Source of the DNA: a virus
IMG/VR virus record: IMGVR_UViG_3300044731_001604
Location: 64,001-128,000 of that record
Strand: one strand, 5' to 3'
Length of the DNA: 64,000 bases
Part shown: positions 27,873-37,867 of the stretch, piece by piece
How positions within the stretch are numbered: the stretch's first letter is position 1
Layout of the letters: every line of letters starts with the position of its first letter
Translations under genes and position numbers: made by a program
Notes under the pieces: generated by a model
What the model was told of the DNA's origin: nothing
Databases searched by the model: none
The model's input: the letters and a program-made list of their open reading frames with translations, nothing else

Positions 27873-28769
27873 TTAGCTTCTTGACAATTCGTTTTCTATT
27901 TCTTTTACCATTTTTTCAAATCGTTGATTTGCAAAATCATATGCATCATCAAAGAGCTTAGCGCCGTCTACTTTAGGGTACATCCACCTAAAGCCCCTGT
28001 GCTTCTCCGAAATAACTCTAAATACCACCGTTTCTTTTACTGGGTTGCCTTCTTTGTTCAATTTTTGAGTTATAACCAAACCTTTTAGTTTGTATATACC
28101 AGAATGTTGACCTAAGCCTGTTGCCATAGCTTCTTCAAATCCTCTTGGTTTGGAATATAAGCTAGGTGCTTGCTGTTGAGTAAATTTAGGTTTAATGTTT
28201 AATTTATGTATTACACCAATTTTTGGGTTTCCATTATCATCGAGTACTGTTTCATGTAAATCAATATTAGATTTTTCCAAGGCTTTTTTAACAACTTCAG
28301 CAAGTCCAGGACTTGCTCCTGGCGCTGTTTTTTTACCTCTAGTTTGAACAAATGGTATAACTGCGTATTTACTACCATCTTTTGCAGTTTTAGCCGATTT
28401 TCCAGTGAGAAGCCAATCCATAAATCTTGATTCTGCTCCTGTTTCTAACCATTGCGCTTTTGGATCTAAATCTACTACCCACAATCCTCTGGTTATCTCT
28501 GTCCATACTAAAAATTTTGTACGTCTATCTATCATTGGGTGTGGCGTACCTTTTACGGTTGCGCCTTTTCCAAATTTTCCGAGTCCTAGGTACATTTGTC
28601 TTTTTACTTCATCACGTGCAAAATATTCATTTGCCGCATTTAGAATAAATTCATGTGTTTGAAGTGAGATATTTTTAATTCCTTCTACTACTCTATTTTG
28701 AATTAAATCTCTAGTAGTTTTTAGCTTTTCTGCTAATTCTGATATATCTACTTGTATTCTAAAGCCCAT
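27873..28769 (-). CDS. putative neck/tail-completion protein
   Basis: KDG.KY..IPF and FRVIS...WMYP motifs typical of myophage neck proteins. Confidence 0.55.
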   Translation of the reverse strand: MGFRIQVDISELAEKLKTTRDLIQNRVVEGIKNISLQTHEFILNAANEYFARDEVKRQMYLGLGKFGKGATVKGTPHPMIDRRTKFLVWTEITRGLWVVDLDPKAQWLETGAESRFMDWLLTGKSAKTAKDGSKYAVIPFVQTRGKKTAPGASPGLAEVVKKALEKSNIDLHETVLDDNGNPKIGVIHKLNIKPKFTQQQAPSLYSKPRGFEEAMATGLGQHSGIYKLKGLVITQKLNKEGNPVKETVVFRVISEKHRGFRWMYPKVDGAKLFDDAYDFANQRFEKMVKEIENELSRS

Positions 28770-28770
28770 G

Positions 28771-29940
28771 CTATTTCTTTTCAGCTACAGTACCAATTTT
28801 GCCATCGTCTGCTGCTGCATTGTGGGAAACTACAGAAATAGCTTGCCCAGTAGTTGGATCTGCAACTTGTCCGGAAGCAACTGATCTCCAAACGGCTTTA
28901 CCATTTATGACCACTTTTTTCTTCCTTCCTTTAACAGACCCTGGAGGTAATTTTAATCTTAACGCTTTATTAAGCTCATCTGTTAAGATCTCTCCCTTTT
29001 TAATTCTATCTTTCTTTGCCATATCTAAAAGCTTGTGAACTAATGACATAGATTGTTTAAATGCAGCTGGGTCTTTAGTTTTAAGATCCATTATTTGTGG
29101 CAATTTTTGTTGAATATTATCTAAGAGTTTTCCAATTTTATTATTAGAATCATCTTCTTTATCTTCTTCAGGTTTTTTTTCTTCAGATTCTTTTTTAGGC
29201 GCAGCTTCTTTTTGTTCCTCTTTGTCCTGTTCTTTTTGGTCAATATGAGAAACAGGTTTATCTGTTTTCTTTTGATCGCCAGACATCGCTTCTAATAAGC
29301 TGCCAGGTTGTTGTTGAGCTTGTTGTTGCATTTGCTGTTGAGCTTGTTGTTGCATTTGTTGGGCAGGTCCCATTAACTGTTGCAATACACCATTTACTAT
29401 TTGAGAATCAGCTTGGATTGATTGATTAATATCTAAACCTGGTACGTAATTCCCAAAATCTTTTTTATCTTTTGTTGGTTTTGGAGGCTCTGGATTAGTT
29501 CTATCAGATAGATTTGGTTGGAAAATTTCTTCGCCTATCTCAATAGATTTCTTCATTTCTTTAATAAAAGAATCTTCAGGATCAAACAGCTCAATTTGAT
29601 TTGTTAAAACAGATTTTTTTGCTGCCATTACTGCTTCATTTGGCGTTAATCCCATGCCAACTGACATTTTAGTAGTGAACACATCTTTGTATCCAGCTAG
29701 TATTAATGGTAATTCTTCTGCCACGGTTACTGGCATTTCTAAAACTTGTCTAGAATACGTTGTAAGACGTACTGTTCCGCCACGCTCAGATATAAGAGAG
29801 TTAATTTTGTCTGATATTGCAAATAACTGATCATTTAAGCTTGTTGCTTCAAAAAACATTCCAGCGTCAATCATTTCATTGATTTTATCTTGAACACCAT
29901 CAGAATTTACTACACACCATACAGAACTTTGAGTACTCAC
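28771..29940 (-). CDS. degenerate mCpol-like domain + Q/E/K-rich linker protein
   Basis: GG.V...MSVGMG.TP.EA..A.K pattern; catalytic DGD/GGD positions replaced. Confidence 0.5.
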   Translation of the reverse strand: MSTQSSVWCVVNSDGVQDKINEMIDAGMFFEATSLNDQLFAISDKINSLISERGGTVRLTTYSRQVLEMPVTVAEELPLILAGYKDVFTTKMSVGMGLTPNEAVMAAKKSVLTNQIELFDPEDSFIKEMKKSIEIGEEIFQPNLSDRTNPEPPKPTKDKKDFGNYVPGLDINQSIQADSQIVNGVLQQLMGPAQQMQQQAQQQMQQQAQQQPGSLLEAMSGDQKKTDKPVSHIDQKEQDKEEQKEAAPKKESEEKKPEEDKEDDSNNKIGKLLDNIQQKLPQIMDLKTKDPAAFKQSMSLVHKLLDMAKKDRIKKGEILTDELNKALRLKLPPGSVKGRKKKVVINGKAVWRSVASGQVADPTTGQAISVVSHNAAADDGKIGTVAEKK

Positions 29941-29954
29941 TTTACACCTCGATA

Positions 29955-31535
29955 TTAAATACCACGTTTTTTGAGTAACAATTTAGTTTTTAGTGTTAGA
30001 AGAAATAACTTAACTGTTTCTGGATCTGCGTCTGGAGCAAATTGCAAAGAAAAGGTTCCATCGTTTTTTTGAATTGCTTCTACGAATTTATACGGTTGAC
30101 CTTTTTCGTTTTTGTTTAAAACTTTAAAGCAAGCACATGGTGTAAATTTTGGTTTGCCTGACTCGTCTTTAGAGAATTCAGGTCTTCCACAATCAAAGCA
30201 AGTTGATTTAAATAATTCTTGACTTGTTGCAACTGCTTTTATTGATTTAGAAATCGAAGATTTATTTAATTTTTTTCTAAAGTATCCTTCAGATTTCATT
30301 GCTGGCATTTTAGGGCCTTGTGGTTTAGGAATACTAGGCACAGCAACTTTTCCTTGTCCAGATGCTTGAGCTTGTTTTGCTGCGGCAGCTTGAGGATTTT
30401 TGCTTTGTGGAACTGGTGGTAGTGGTTTTCCAGGTTGAACCGGTTGACCTGCGCCTCTTGGCATTTCACCCTTACCGATCTCTTCTTTTGAAACTTTTTC
30501 AGGAAGATCCTTCCCTTTTGATTCTTTATCCCAATGCTTTACTTTTTCCTTGCCACCTAAAGCTTTTGTTCCAGCTTCAGTATGAGCCCAACGTCTTTGA
30601 GCATCAGAAGCGTAAGGCTTCATTAGTGGCTCTACTTTTTTAGCGGTTGGTTTAGGGAAAGGTAGGACTTTTTTAGATTCTTTTAAAGACTCTTTGCTCA
30701 ATCCTTGGTTTTCTTTTTCCATTTTATTATCATTTGGAGATGGATATTTTTTAATCTCTGGGATTTCTTGATCTACAGAATCTGTTGTTTTAATTTTATC
30801 CATTTCTTTTTGAGACGCACCTTCTGAAATTATCGCAGGATTATTCTCTTTGTCTTTGATATCTTCTTTTTGTTTTTCTTCTGGGGTTGTAGCTTTTTCA
30901 GGAAAAGACTTGTCCCCATCGACTTCTTTTATAGCCATTTTGTCCAACTCTTCTTCTAATTTGTCGGTTTTAAGTTTTTTACCGATTAAAGCATCAACTA
31001 ATTTACCAATAACGCTTGTTAATTCTTTTGTTGTTTCATGAGCAATTTGCATCTTAGAGGTATCTACATCTTGTTTTTCTGGTATAACCATAGATAGCAT
31101 ATGCTTAATTGCTGAAAAATCTTGTTTTGGCTCTTCTTTTTGCTCAATAGCATTGGTTTTTAAATCGCCTTCATACATCTCGCCAATTGACATGAGATGT
31201 CCAACAATTGCAGGAATTCCTTGCTTATCAAAAGTATGTATTATTTTTCCACCTTGAACAAATTCAGCTCTGAAAACATCCATATCCTGTCTTTCAAAGT
31301 GGATAGTGATTCCTTCGTCGCCTGGGAATTTTACATCTTTATATTCACCAATTTTCATTGGCTTTACAGTTTGAACTACCCAACTTACTAAAGCACGTGG
31401 TGCTACCATTAAAGGTAAGTACATTTCAAGTGGGTCAGAAACAGATCTAGATCTTTGGTGAAAAATAGCCTTTTCGAGAGTTTCAAACCCTCGCTCACCG
31501 ACTAAATCTGTCAAAAACGGCTTGATAGTTTTCAT
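29955..31535 (-). CDS. multi-domain internal head/cargo protein with C-terminal Zn finger
   Basis: LEKA, MEKE, LSKE, IGKG, AMKS, LNKS linkers; PYASDAQRRW module; CFDC...CAC. Confidence 0.6.
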   Translation of the reverse strand: MKTIKPFLTDLVGERGFETLEKAIFHQRSRSVSDPLEMYLPLMVAPRALVSWVVQTVKPMKIGEYKDVKFPGDEGITIHFERQDMDVFRAEFVQGGKIIHTFDKQGIPAIVGHLMSIGEMYEGDLKTNAIEQKEEPKQDFSAIKHMLSMVIPEKQDVDTSKMQIAHETTKELTSVIGKLVDALIGKKLKTDKLEEELDKMAIKEVDGDKSFPEKATTPEEKQKEDIKDKENNPAIISEGASQKEMDKIKTTDSVDQEIPEIKKYPSPNDNKMEKENQGLSKESLKESKKVLPFPKPTAKKVEPLMKPYASDAQRRWAHTEAGTKALGGKEKVKHWDKESKGKDLPEKVSKEEIGKGEMPRGAGQPVQPGKPLPPVPQSKNPQAAAAKQAQASGQGKVAVPSIPKPQGPKMPAMKSEGYFRKKLNKSSISKSIKAVATSQELFKSTCFDCGRPEFSKDESGKPKFTPCACFKVLNKNEKGQPYKFVEAIQKNDGTFSLQFAPDADPETVKLFLLTLKTKLLLKKRGI

Positions 31536-31538
31536 GTA

Positions 31539-31937
31539 TTAGTTATTGATTCCAGAATTTGGATTGTAATTTAAGTCGCCTTTAATTTCGTATCCAAAAC
31601 AAGTTGCTGTAGAAGAAATAATATGAGTATCGGTACCCATAGCAATAACTGTATAGCTATTTGGTGGCAAGCAGATACCATCTGCACCGCCAGTTGGAGC
31701 TGTAACGCCAGAAGTTCCAGTTTTAACAAATGCAGTTAACGTACTGTTGTTATAAATAGCAACATTGGCACCTGCCACTGAGATGCTTTTGGCAGTATTT
31801 AAAGCGCCCATAATGGTCACTTTGCCTAAAGTTGGGCCAACAGTTACTAGTCCACCTGCGTATTGGTTAAATGAATAGTCTGTTGAGTCTGCACCAGAGT
31901 ATCTGTTTTCGCTAGCTTTTGATCTTAAATTTCCCAT
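31539..31937 (-). CDS. small beta-rich virion protein
   Basis: Gly/Thr/Ala-rich; late motif 31961-31968. Confidence 0.55.
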   Translation of the reverse strand: MGNLRSKASENRYSGADSTDYSFNQYAGGLVTVGPTLGKVTIMGALNTAKSISVAGANVAIYNNSTLTAFVKTGTSGVTAPTGGADGICLPPNSYTVIAMGTDTHIISSTATCFGYEIKGDLNYNPNSGINN

Positions 31938-31971
31938 TATTAACCTCTTTTACTATTTAAAGATTAGGGTG

Positions 31972-32880
31972 TTACAGCATTCCTGCCGGTCCGGATTTAT
32001 TTCCTGGAGTGTCGTCATCTGAAACTGGCCAAGCTGATTGATATCTATTGTCCATTATATTGCTATTTGGATCTCTATTAACGTCAAATAAAATATGTTC
32101 TCTGATTGCCATGGCTTGATAGGGCATTCTTTCCACTGATCGCTCAAACGTATTAGGGTCTGTTATTTGAGTTACTCGTATCTCGTGTAAAAGTCTTGCA
32201 ATTATATAATATGGGGTATATCTGTATCTAACTGCATAAACTGTACCGCGACCTGTCTTAATGTTAAAACCAGGTCTTTCTTGAGTTAACCACTTAAGCC
32301 AGCCTTCATTTGTAATTTCAAAATGAACTCCACACTTATAGTCTTTTCCATCTGCATCCATAATGCTTTCTACATGAGTTGCTGGATATTGCAATCTATC
32401 AATTCCTGTAGTTGATGCTTCCACATACTGATTTGTTATTGTATGTAATTCAATATTTTTTAAATAAATTCTGTCATATGGAGCAAGGACTACTTCTTTA
32501 TCTGGGCAATCTTCATATGATCTACTGAATGTCATTTGTACAGTATCATGTTTTAATAAACCTTGAGTTTCAATTTCCCAGTTGCTTGAATTAGATGAAA
32601 ATGAAGCCCAGAATGTTCCAGCAGATTTATAGATGTATCCATCCGAACTTGCTCTTCTGGCTTGAACTGCATGGTTGTCACCTCTTGATGCCATTCCACT
32701 TGGGTCTAGGCAAGCTCTCATGTGTTCACACAACACGCCTTGGCTTTTAATTAAAGCGTCAAAAGCGTTCTTATCAAATGATTGTTGAAACTGGCTTAAT
32801 GTAAAATATTGCTGCGTACCTTCGGCATGCTGGCTTTCTCTTTCTCTAGGTCCACCTTTTCTGTTTTGATTTTCTGACAT
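31972..32880 (-). CDS. putative head-closure/neck protein (start likely MSENQ at 32880)
   Basis: position; FD..I..QG...C..P, YDRI, Y.VRY...P.Y.I..L.HE.R motifs. Confidence 0.55.
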   Translation of the reverse strand: MSENQNRKGGPRERESQHAEGTQQYFTLSQFQQSFDKNAFDALIKSQGVLCEHMRACLDPSGMASRGDNHAVQARRASSDGYIYKSAGTFWASFSSNSSNWEIETQGLLKHDTVQMTFSRSYEDCPDKEVVLAPYDRIYLKNIELHTITNQYVEASTTGIDRLQYPATHVESIMDADGKDYKCGVHFEITNEGWLKWLTQERPGFNIKTGRGTVYAVRYRYTPYYIIARLLHEIRVTQITDPNTFERSVERMPYQAMAIREHILFDVNRDPNSNIMDNRYQSAWPVSDDDTPGNKSGPAGML

Positions 32881-33332
32881 TACGACCGCCTTGAGAAATA
32901 TTTTAATGGTACAGCTGGTTCTGTTAAGGCTAGCGACCTTACTAGGGCCCACTCGCTGATGTTTTTTGAAAGAAGCTCTTCAGAATACATTATTTCTATT
33001 TCAGATTTACTAATATCATATACCGCAAAAAGATTTTCATCTCCAACTGGCTCAGGTAAGCTAGGCATAAATATGGCATCTCTTAGTCTATCAAATAATG
33101 AAATTTCTTCAGATTTTTTAATTTCATTCCACTCTATGTCTTCTTTTTTTTCTGCCAAGAACTTTGCTATTGCTGCATGTGGAGCTGCACCTAATGCAGA
33201 TATTTTACCATCTTCATCTTTGCAAAAGAAGGCATGCAATCCGCCTACAGTTTCTATATAAACCACAGGTCTACCATCTTTGGTCTCCCCAGCTATTTCT
33301 TTTGTTTTTATTTCTTCTGCTGGAATTTTCAT
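32880..33332 (-). CDS. hypothetical late protein
   Basis: 150 aa; IKKS motif; coupled to neighbours. Confidence 0.6.
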   Translation of the reverse strand: MKIPAEEIKTKEIAGETKDGRPVVYIETVGGLHAFFCKDEDGKISALGAAPHAAIAKFLAEKKEDIEWNEIKKSEEISLFDRLRDAIFMPSLPEPVGDENLFAVYDISKSEIEIMYSEELLSKNISEWALVRSLALTEPAVPLKYFSRRS

Positions 33333-34378
33333 TTATTGTTCGCCTGTTTAATTTTTGATTTTAATTTTTCTTCACTAGTTAGCATAGAATCTGGCTTAAC
33401 TTCATCTAGTTTATCATCTCTTAGTCTACCTGGATCTAATCCAAAATTTGTAGATCTAGTTGGATTTGCGGTTATTTGATCTTCTCTTAATTTGTACCAC
33501 TTTTTAACTTTTTCAGCAAAGTCTGCGTCGTGGAACACAACATCTGATTTGAACATAAATTTAAAATTAAGCTCATTTGGTTTTTGTGCTTTAAATGGAT
33601 TGTGTTTATCAATTTTTTTATATTTATCTACATAAGTTGAATGTAATAGCTTGTCTTTGGTAATACTTTCTGGATATAAATTGTGGCCATTTAGCCATGC
33701 AAATGCTGCCTTATGCTCATTCCCGTTGTTTCTTGTTAAAACGTGATCTGCTAATTTTCTAGCTAATTCTAATTCTAATTTTGGATTCTTATTAATGTGT
33801 GCTTCTAAGGTGCTATTTGACATCGTTGCAAGCTTGTCTATTTCTGGTCTAGACTTTCCAGATATCTTATATCTGTTAACTATTTCTTTAATAGTTTTTG
33901 GAAGCAATCCCCATTGGCCCATTGCTTTTTCTCCAACAGACAATCCAGTTTTAACTGTTTTATGATTTATATTTTTACCGTTGTTAGACTCTAATACTTT
34001 TAAATTCCACAAAAAAGCATCTCTTGGATGAGATCCAAAGCCAGATAAGTCTATTGGAGAATTTTGTACTTGTGGGACATTGTTTTGTACACCAATATGG
34101 CTAGTCGCTACTGGCGTAATTGCAGCAGCTAATCCTAGACCTAAAGACAAAGCCTTCTCTCTTAGAGATTTAGATAGGTCTGAGCCTTCTACCCAGGCAT
34201 TCATGTTATGCGAAGATAAGTATTCTGCAATGTTGTTTAAAGCATCTTGTAAAGAGTCAGATTCAGTCGCAATATCGTATGTTCTAGGATATAAATCGAA
34301 CAGAGGTTGGAGGTCATCGAATTCATTAATTCTAAAATGTTTTCTTTCTTTATTTATAGATTCAACAAACAGCACCAT
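33329..34378 (-). CDS. lysozyme/lytic transglycosylase-like virion protein
   Basis: LES.NG catalytic-Glu motif, AMGQWGLLPKT, AAFAWLNG, YV; flanked by LSKS and MFKS. Confidence 0.6.
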   Translation of the reverse strand: MVLFVESINKERKHFRINEFDDLQPLFDLYPRTYDIATESDSLQDALNNIAEYLSSHNMNAWVEGSDLSKSLREKALSLGLGLAAAITPVATSHIGVQNNVPQVQNSPIDLSGFGSHPRDAFLWNLKVLESNNGKNINHKTVKTGLSVGEKAMGQWGLLPKTIKEIVNRYKISGKSRPEIDKLATMSNSTLEAHINKNPKLELELARKLADHVLTRNNGNEHKAAFAWLNGHNLYPESITKDKLLHSTYVDKYKKIDKHNPFKAQKPNELNFKFMFKSDVVFHDADFAEKVKKWYKLREDQITANPTRSTNFGLDPGRLRDDKLDEVKPDSMLTSEEKLKSKIKQANNK

Positions 34379-34379
34379 A

Positions 34380-36143
34380 TTAACCTGCCTTTTGAGCCAA
34401 ATTGCGTCTAAATAAATTAGACCAATGGCCCAGAATTTCTCGCTTCTCTTTTGGCAGACTGTCTATTACGTCTGCTATTTTAGATTGGTGTTCCAACTTT
34501 TTAGATGGAGTGTCTCCAACCCAATGAGTGTCTGCGAAATGGTTTAACATCATGTTCCTTACATTTAGCTCATTTTGCTTCATAGTTTCACTATTAAAGT
34601 GAGGGTTATGAATAATGCTATTAAAAGTTTGAGCCGCCTGATCAGGATTCATCTTCTCTATTATACCATTTACGGTGCCTGTAATCAAGTCTTTCTGTTT
34701 TGGCGTTAGTTTTTTCTTATTATGCACTATGTCAGAAACAGCGTTTAAGGCCATAGTAGGGTCTTCTGGCAATGACTTCAATTGTGCCGAACTTATTGAT
34801 TGCACTGGTTTTCTAATAACTCTAGTATGTGGAAAACCTTGTCCAAGCTCATCTAAAGAGTACATCTTACTGTCATCTATATCGTTTAGACCTTTGACCC
34901 AGTTATTCATATTGTGCCAACGGTGATTGAAGTTGTCTCTGATATGTTCTCTAGTTGGCTGATCTTTAATTGCGCCTAATTGCTCTTCTAGTTTGTCTTT
35001 AATTTTGTGACCATTATTATGCCACCAGTCAGCCAGATTTTCGTGAGAATGCCACCCTCTTGCTGAATCTTTATACAAGTTTCTGGTTCCATACGAATGT
35101 TTTAAATACGCTTCTGGGGAATCTGGAGTTGCAAAATCTAAATTTGTTGCCCCCACAGTTTTAATATATTGAAAATTTCTTTCATGATCAATACCAAGTA
35201 ATTTATTAAAACCCTCTTCTTTGTTTTTAGATACTAATAAATTACCAGCGTGTCTATCTAAGTTATTCATTAGATAGTCCATTACGCCTATTTTGTGTAA
35301 TTCTTCTGGATTAACATGGGTCTTATTGTTTTTTAAATCTATTGATGTTACTTCATGGTGATTTGGTGCAAATTTGTGTATGGTAAATGGATGTCCATCT
35401 TTTTCATGCATTGACACGTCTTCTGCTAAATGTCCAATTCCGCCGGCGTTATACAATGCTTTTGTGGCCATAGTTGACCATCCAGAAATTGGAGCTTTCA
35501 TAAAAGATCTTGTGGCAGTCTCTAGTTTTTTATGATACGGCTTAGACATAAACGTTGATTCAGATTGTGGCGTTGAAACAAAGCTACCGCCTTCATCTGT
35601 ATAGCCTCTATATAAATGAACGTTTTTAGCAGCTATACCTTGTTGACTCAATGTCTGTTCATTTTTATGTTCAGCTGGATCTAAGTGAATTGATTTATAT
35701 TCCTGTGGGGCTGGAAATTGTTGTAGATGCATAGAATGGTCTACCGTATCTGGCGCCTTGGTATCAATCTTAGATGTCATTTTTTTCCAAGCTTTTGGCT
35801 CAACTGATTTATTCAAATCTGAAGGGATTAAATTTTGTAATTTGAATGCTAGTTCGCCGGCTACTTTCTTAACAGCCTCTTCAATCATTATTTTGTGTAA
35901 ATTTTCTTTTTGTGCATTTAAAATATTTTTCTTAAATTCTGGATTATTAACATAATTAAATACAAAAGATAATGGATCGTTCGTTTGTTTTTGTAATATT
36001 TTAGGGATACTAGTTTCTGAGACAAATTCTTTTAATGAATTTTCCCCAAACTCAGATTTAATCAATGAAAAGACGTCTTCCAATGATGCACTGGAGACTT
36101 GTTTACGGTCATTAATATACTGTTTAAGATTAAGTCTTTTCAT
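34380..36143 (-). CDS. PI3/PI4-kinase/HipA-like kinase cargo protein
   Basis: MDYLMNNLDRHAGNLL...GIDHE; F.SK lysine; LIKS and LNKS linkers. Confidence 0.7.
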   Translation of the reverse strand: MKRLNLKQYINDRKQVSSASLEDVFSLIKSEFGENSLKEFVSETSIPKILQKQTNDPLSFVFNYVNNPEFKKNILNAQKENLHKIMIEEAVKKVAGELAFKLQNLIPSDLNKSVEPKAWKKMTSKIDTKAPDTVDHSMHLQQFPAPQEYKSIHLDPAEHKNEQTLSQQGIAAKNVHLYRGYTDEGGSFVSTPQSESTFMSKPYHKKLETATRSFMKAPISGWSTMATKALYNAGGIGHLAEDVSMHEKDGHPFTIHKFAPNHHEVTSIDLKNNKTHVNPEELHKIGVMDYLMNNLDRHAGNLLVSKNKEEGFNKLLGIDHERNFQYIKTVGATNLDFATPDSPEAYLKHSYGTRNLYKDSARGWHSHENLADWWHNNGHKIKDKLEEQLGAIKDQPTREHIRDNFNHRWHNMNNWVKGLNDIDDSKMYSLDELGQGFPHTRVIRKPVQSISSAQLKSLPEDPTMALNAVSDIVHNKKKLTPKQKDLITGTVNGIIEKMNPDQAAQTFNSIIHNPHFNSETMKQNELNVRNMMLNHFADTHWVGDTPSKKLEHQSKIADVIDSLPKEKREILGHWSNLFRRNLAQKAG

Positions 36144-36241
36144 AATTAATAGATTAAGGTTCTGTCCTGTCTATGTATAAATAGACAAATAGATCTACAA
36201 AGTCTATGTATAGAGAGACTTTTGTATATAGGTGCAGGATT

Positions 36242-36472
36242 TCACGATTTTACCTTTCCATTAAGTTTCTTTTGGAAAAGCTCTCTAGCTACCGACTCTT
36301 CAACATCTTTTACGCAGTAGCACCAACTTTTTGCCACTCCGCCTTTTACGTGGCCAGCATAATTATGCTTAAGAATATAAACTCCGAATTTTCCATTAGG
36401 AAGGAGCGCTAGCCCATAAGTTGTGCCAGATTTGTTTTGTGCTTTTTCAATAAATTTTACTTTCATAAGCAC
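36242..36472 (-). CDS. small moron-like early gene
   Basis: own TTGACT-17-TGTACT promoter (36513-36485) inside late region. Confidence 0.55.
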   Translation of the reverse strand: MLMKVKFIEKAQNKSGTTYGLALLPNGKFGVYILKHNYAGHVKGGVAKSWCYCVKDVEESVARELFQKKLNGKVKS

Positions 36473-36529
36473 CTCTCTGAAATCAGTACATCCTAACTCC
36501 TATCTATAGTCAATGGTGCTTATCTAGTA

Positions 36530-37417
36530 TTAGATGTTGCTAGTAAACATATTTTGTCCATAATATGTTTTTAATTTCTTCATAAGCCCTTGATATCTTT
36601 GATCTAATGTAGTTATTTTTTGAGTTAACACATTTATCATTTGGTCATTGATGCTTTGGCTCATGGCATCAACTGAAAGAGATTGAGACGCCGTTCTATA
36701 CAAAGGAATAAGATTCTCAGCAAGTAACATAGCTGCTGCGCATCCAATTGCTTCATTTACTATTACAGGAAGTTGTCCAGCCGGGTCCATAAGTCCACAT
36801 TCATATTCAACTGTCCAAAATGACGGTATAAACGCACCAACGCCTAAAATTGATAATAATGTAGCGCCGGCTTGAGATGCACTAGTACTGAACGAAATAG
36901 CTCCATAAGCTGGAGATATCGGAATAACGTTTAAAAGGCCCCTTGTTGCGTTAGACGGGTCTACCCATGAGTTTGGTATAGTGTATATTGCTCCACCAGA
37001 TGGGAACTCTTTATCTGCCTCTAAAACGCCTTTTTCGTCAACAACTTGATCGTAGTTTGCTGATGCCAAGGCAAGTCTTACAACTCTTTTAATTGGCTTG
37101 TTCGGTATTTCAAGATGAATGAACTGTTTGTATAGAGCGGCATCAAACGGTAATCTTGAGCGCATTACTTTTGTTTGTATTTGAATTTTAGAGTCAAATT
37201 GAAGTCTAGCCATACCACGTTTGACAAAATCCTCTAGATCTTCTGATTGAATCTTTTCTTTTGTCATAGGTGATATCATTGGTATACCAAAGAAAAACCG
37301 TCTACGGAAAGTATCTGCATCTAATAATGGCTCTACTTCGGCCATTATGCCAGAAGATTCTATTACATTCTGGGGAAATGCTGCGCCGACCGGTTTTTTA
37401 CTATCTGTAAAGTCCAT
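36530..37417 (-). CDS. putative head-tail adaptor
   Basis: position; SQSLSVDAMSQS motif typical of SPO1/Twort-like adaptors. Confidence 0.6.
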   Translation of the reverse strand: MDFTDSKKPVGAAFPQNVIESSGIMAEVEPLLDADTFRRRFFFGIPMISPMTKEKIQSEDLEDFVKRGMARLQFDSKIQIQTKVMRSRLPFDAALYKQFIHLEIPNKPIKRVVRLALASANYDQVVDEKGVLEADKEFPSGGAIYTIPNSWVDPSNATRGLLNVIPISPAYGAISFSTSASQAGATLLSILGVGAFIPSFWTVEYECGLMDPAGQLPVIVNEAIGCAAAMLLAENLIPLYRTASQSLSVDAMSQSINDQMINVLTQKITTLDQRYQGLMKKLKTYYGQNMFTSNI

Positions 37418-37426
37418 TTTAAATTC

Positions 37427-37834
37427 CTAACAATGAAATCGGCTAGAATCTGTGCTAGAAACTTTGATTCTGCCATCTAGTAAAATTGTTTCTGAAATTC
37501 CATTATCTGTCAAAATTGCCTTAATAGCACCAGAGATTTTATCTGTTGATAGCAAAGTGACTTTAAATATTGATCTGTCGTCATTAGGATATACCATTGT
37601 AGCATATCTTGTGATTTGTAAGGCTTCGTCAAGATTTTCAAACATTACTTGTAGGGTAGCTGATGAGCTTGGCAAAAATCTTAAATTGTCACAATCTTCG
37701 CAACTAGTTGAATTCTTTTGAATAATACGAAAATATAAGTCAGTTTGATTGCCATTAACAACTTCCAGAGTTTTGATTTCACAAAACGAGTTATAACTTG
37801 TAACGCTATCAAGCGATTTTAGCATTTTTTTCAT
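37427..37834 (-). CDS. late structural hypothetical protein
   Basis: late motif 37852-37859. Confidence 0.55.
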   Translation of the reverse strand: MKKMLKSLDSVTSYNSFCEIKTLEVVNGNQTDLYFRIIQKNSTSCEDCDNLRFLPSSSATLQVMFENLDEALQITRYATMVYPNDDRSIFKVTLLSTDKISGAIKAILTDNGISETILLDGRIKVSSTDSSRFHC

Positions 37835-37867
37835 AAAACCTCACTCTGGATAGATTAGGTGCCTATC

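Noticed and set aside
36168-36225. GTCTATGTATA duplicate and weak hairpin
   Set aside because: Short and AT-rich; may be a weak terminator for the moron gene but cannot be supported.
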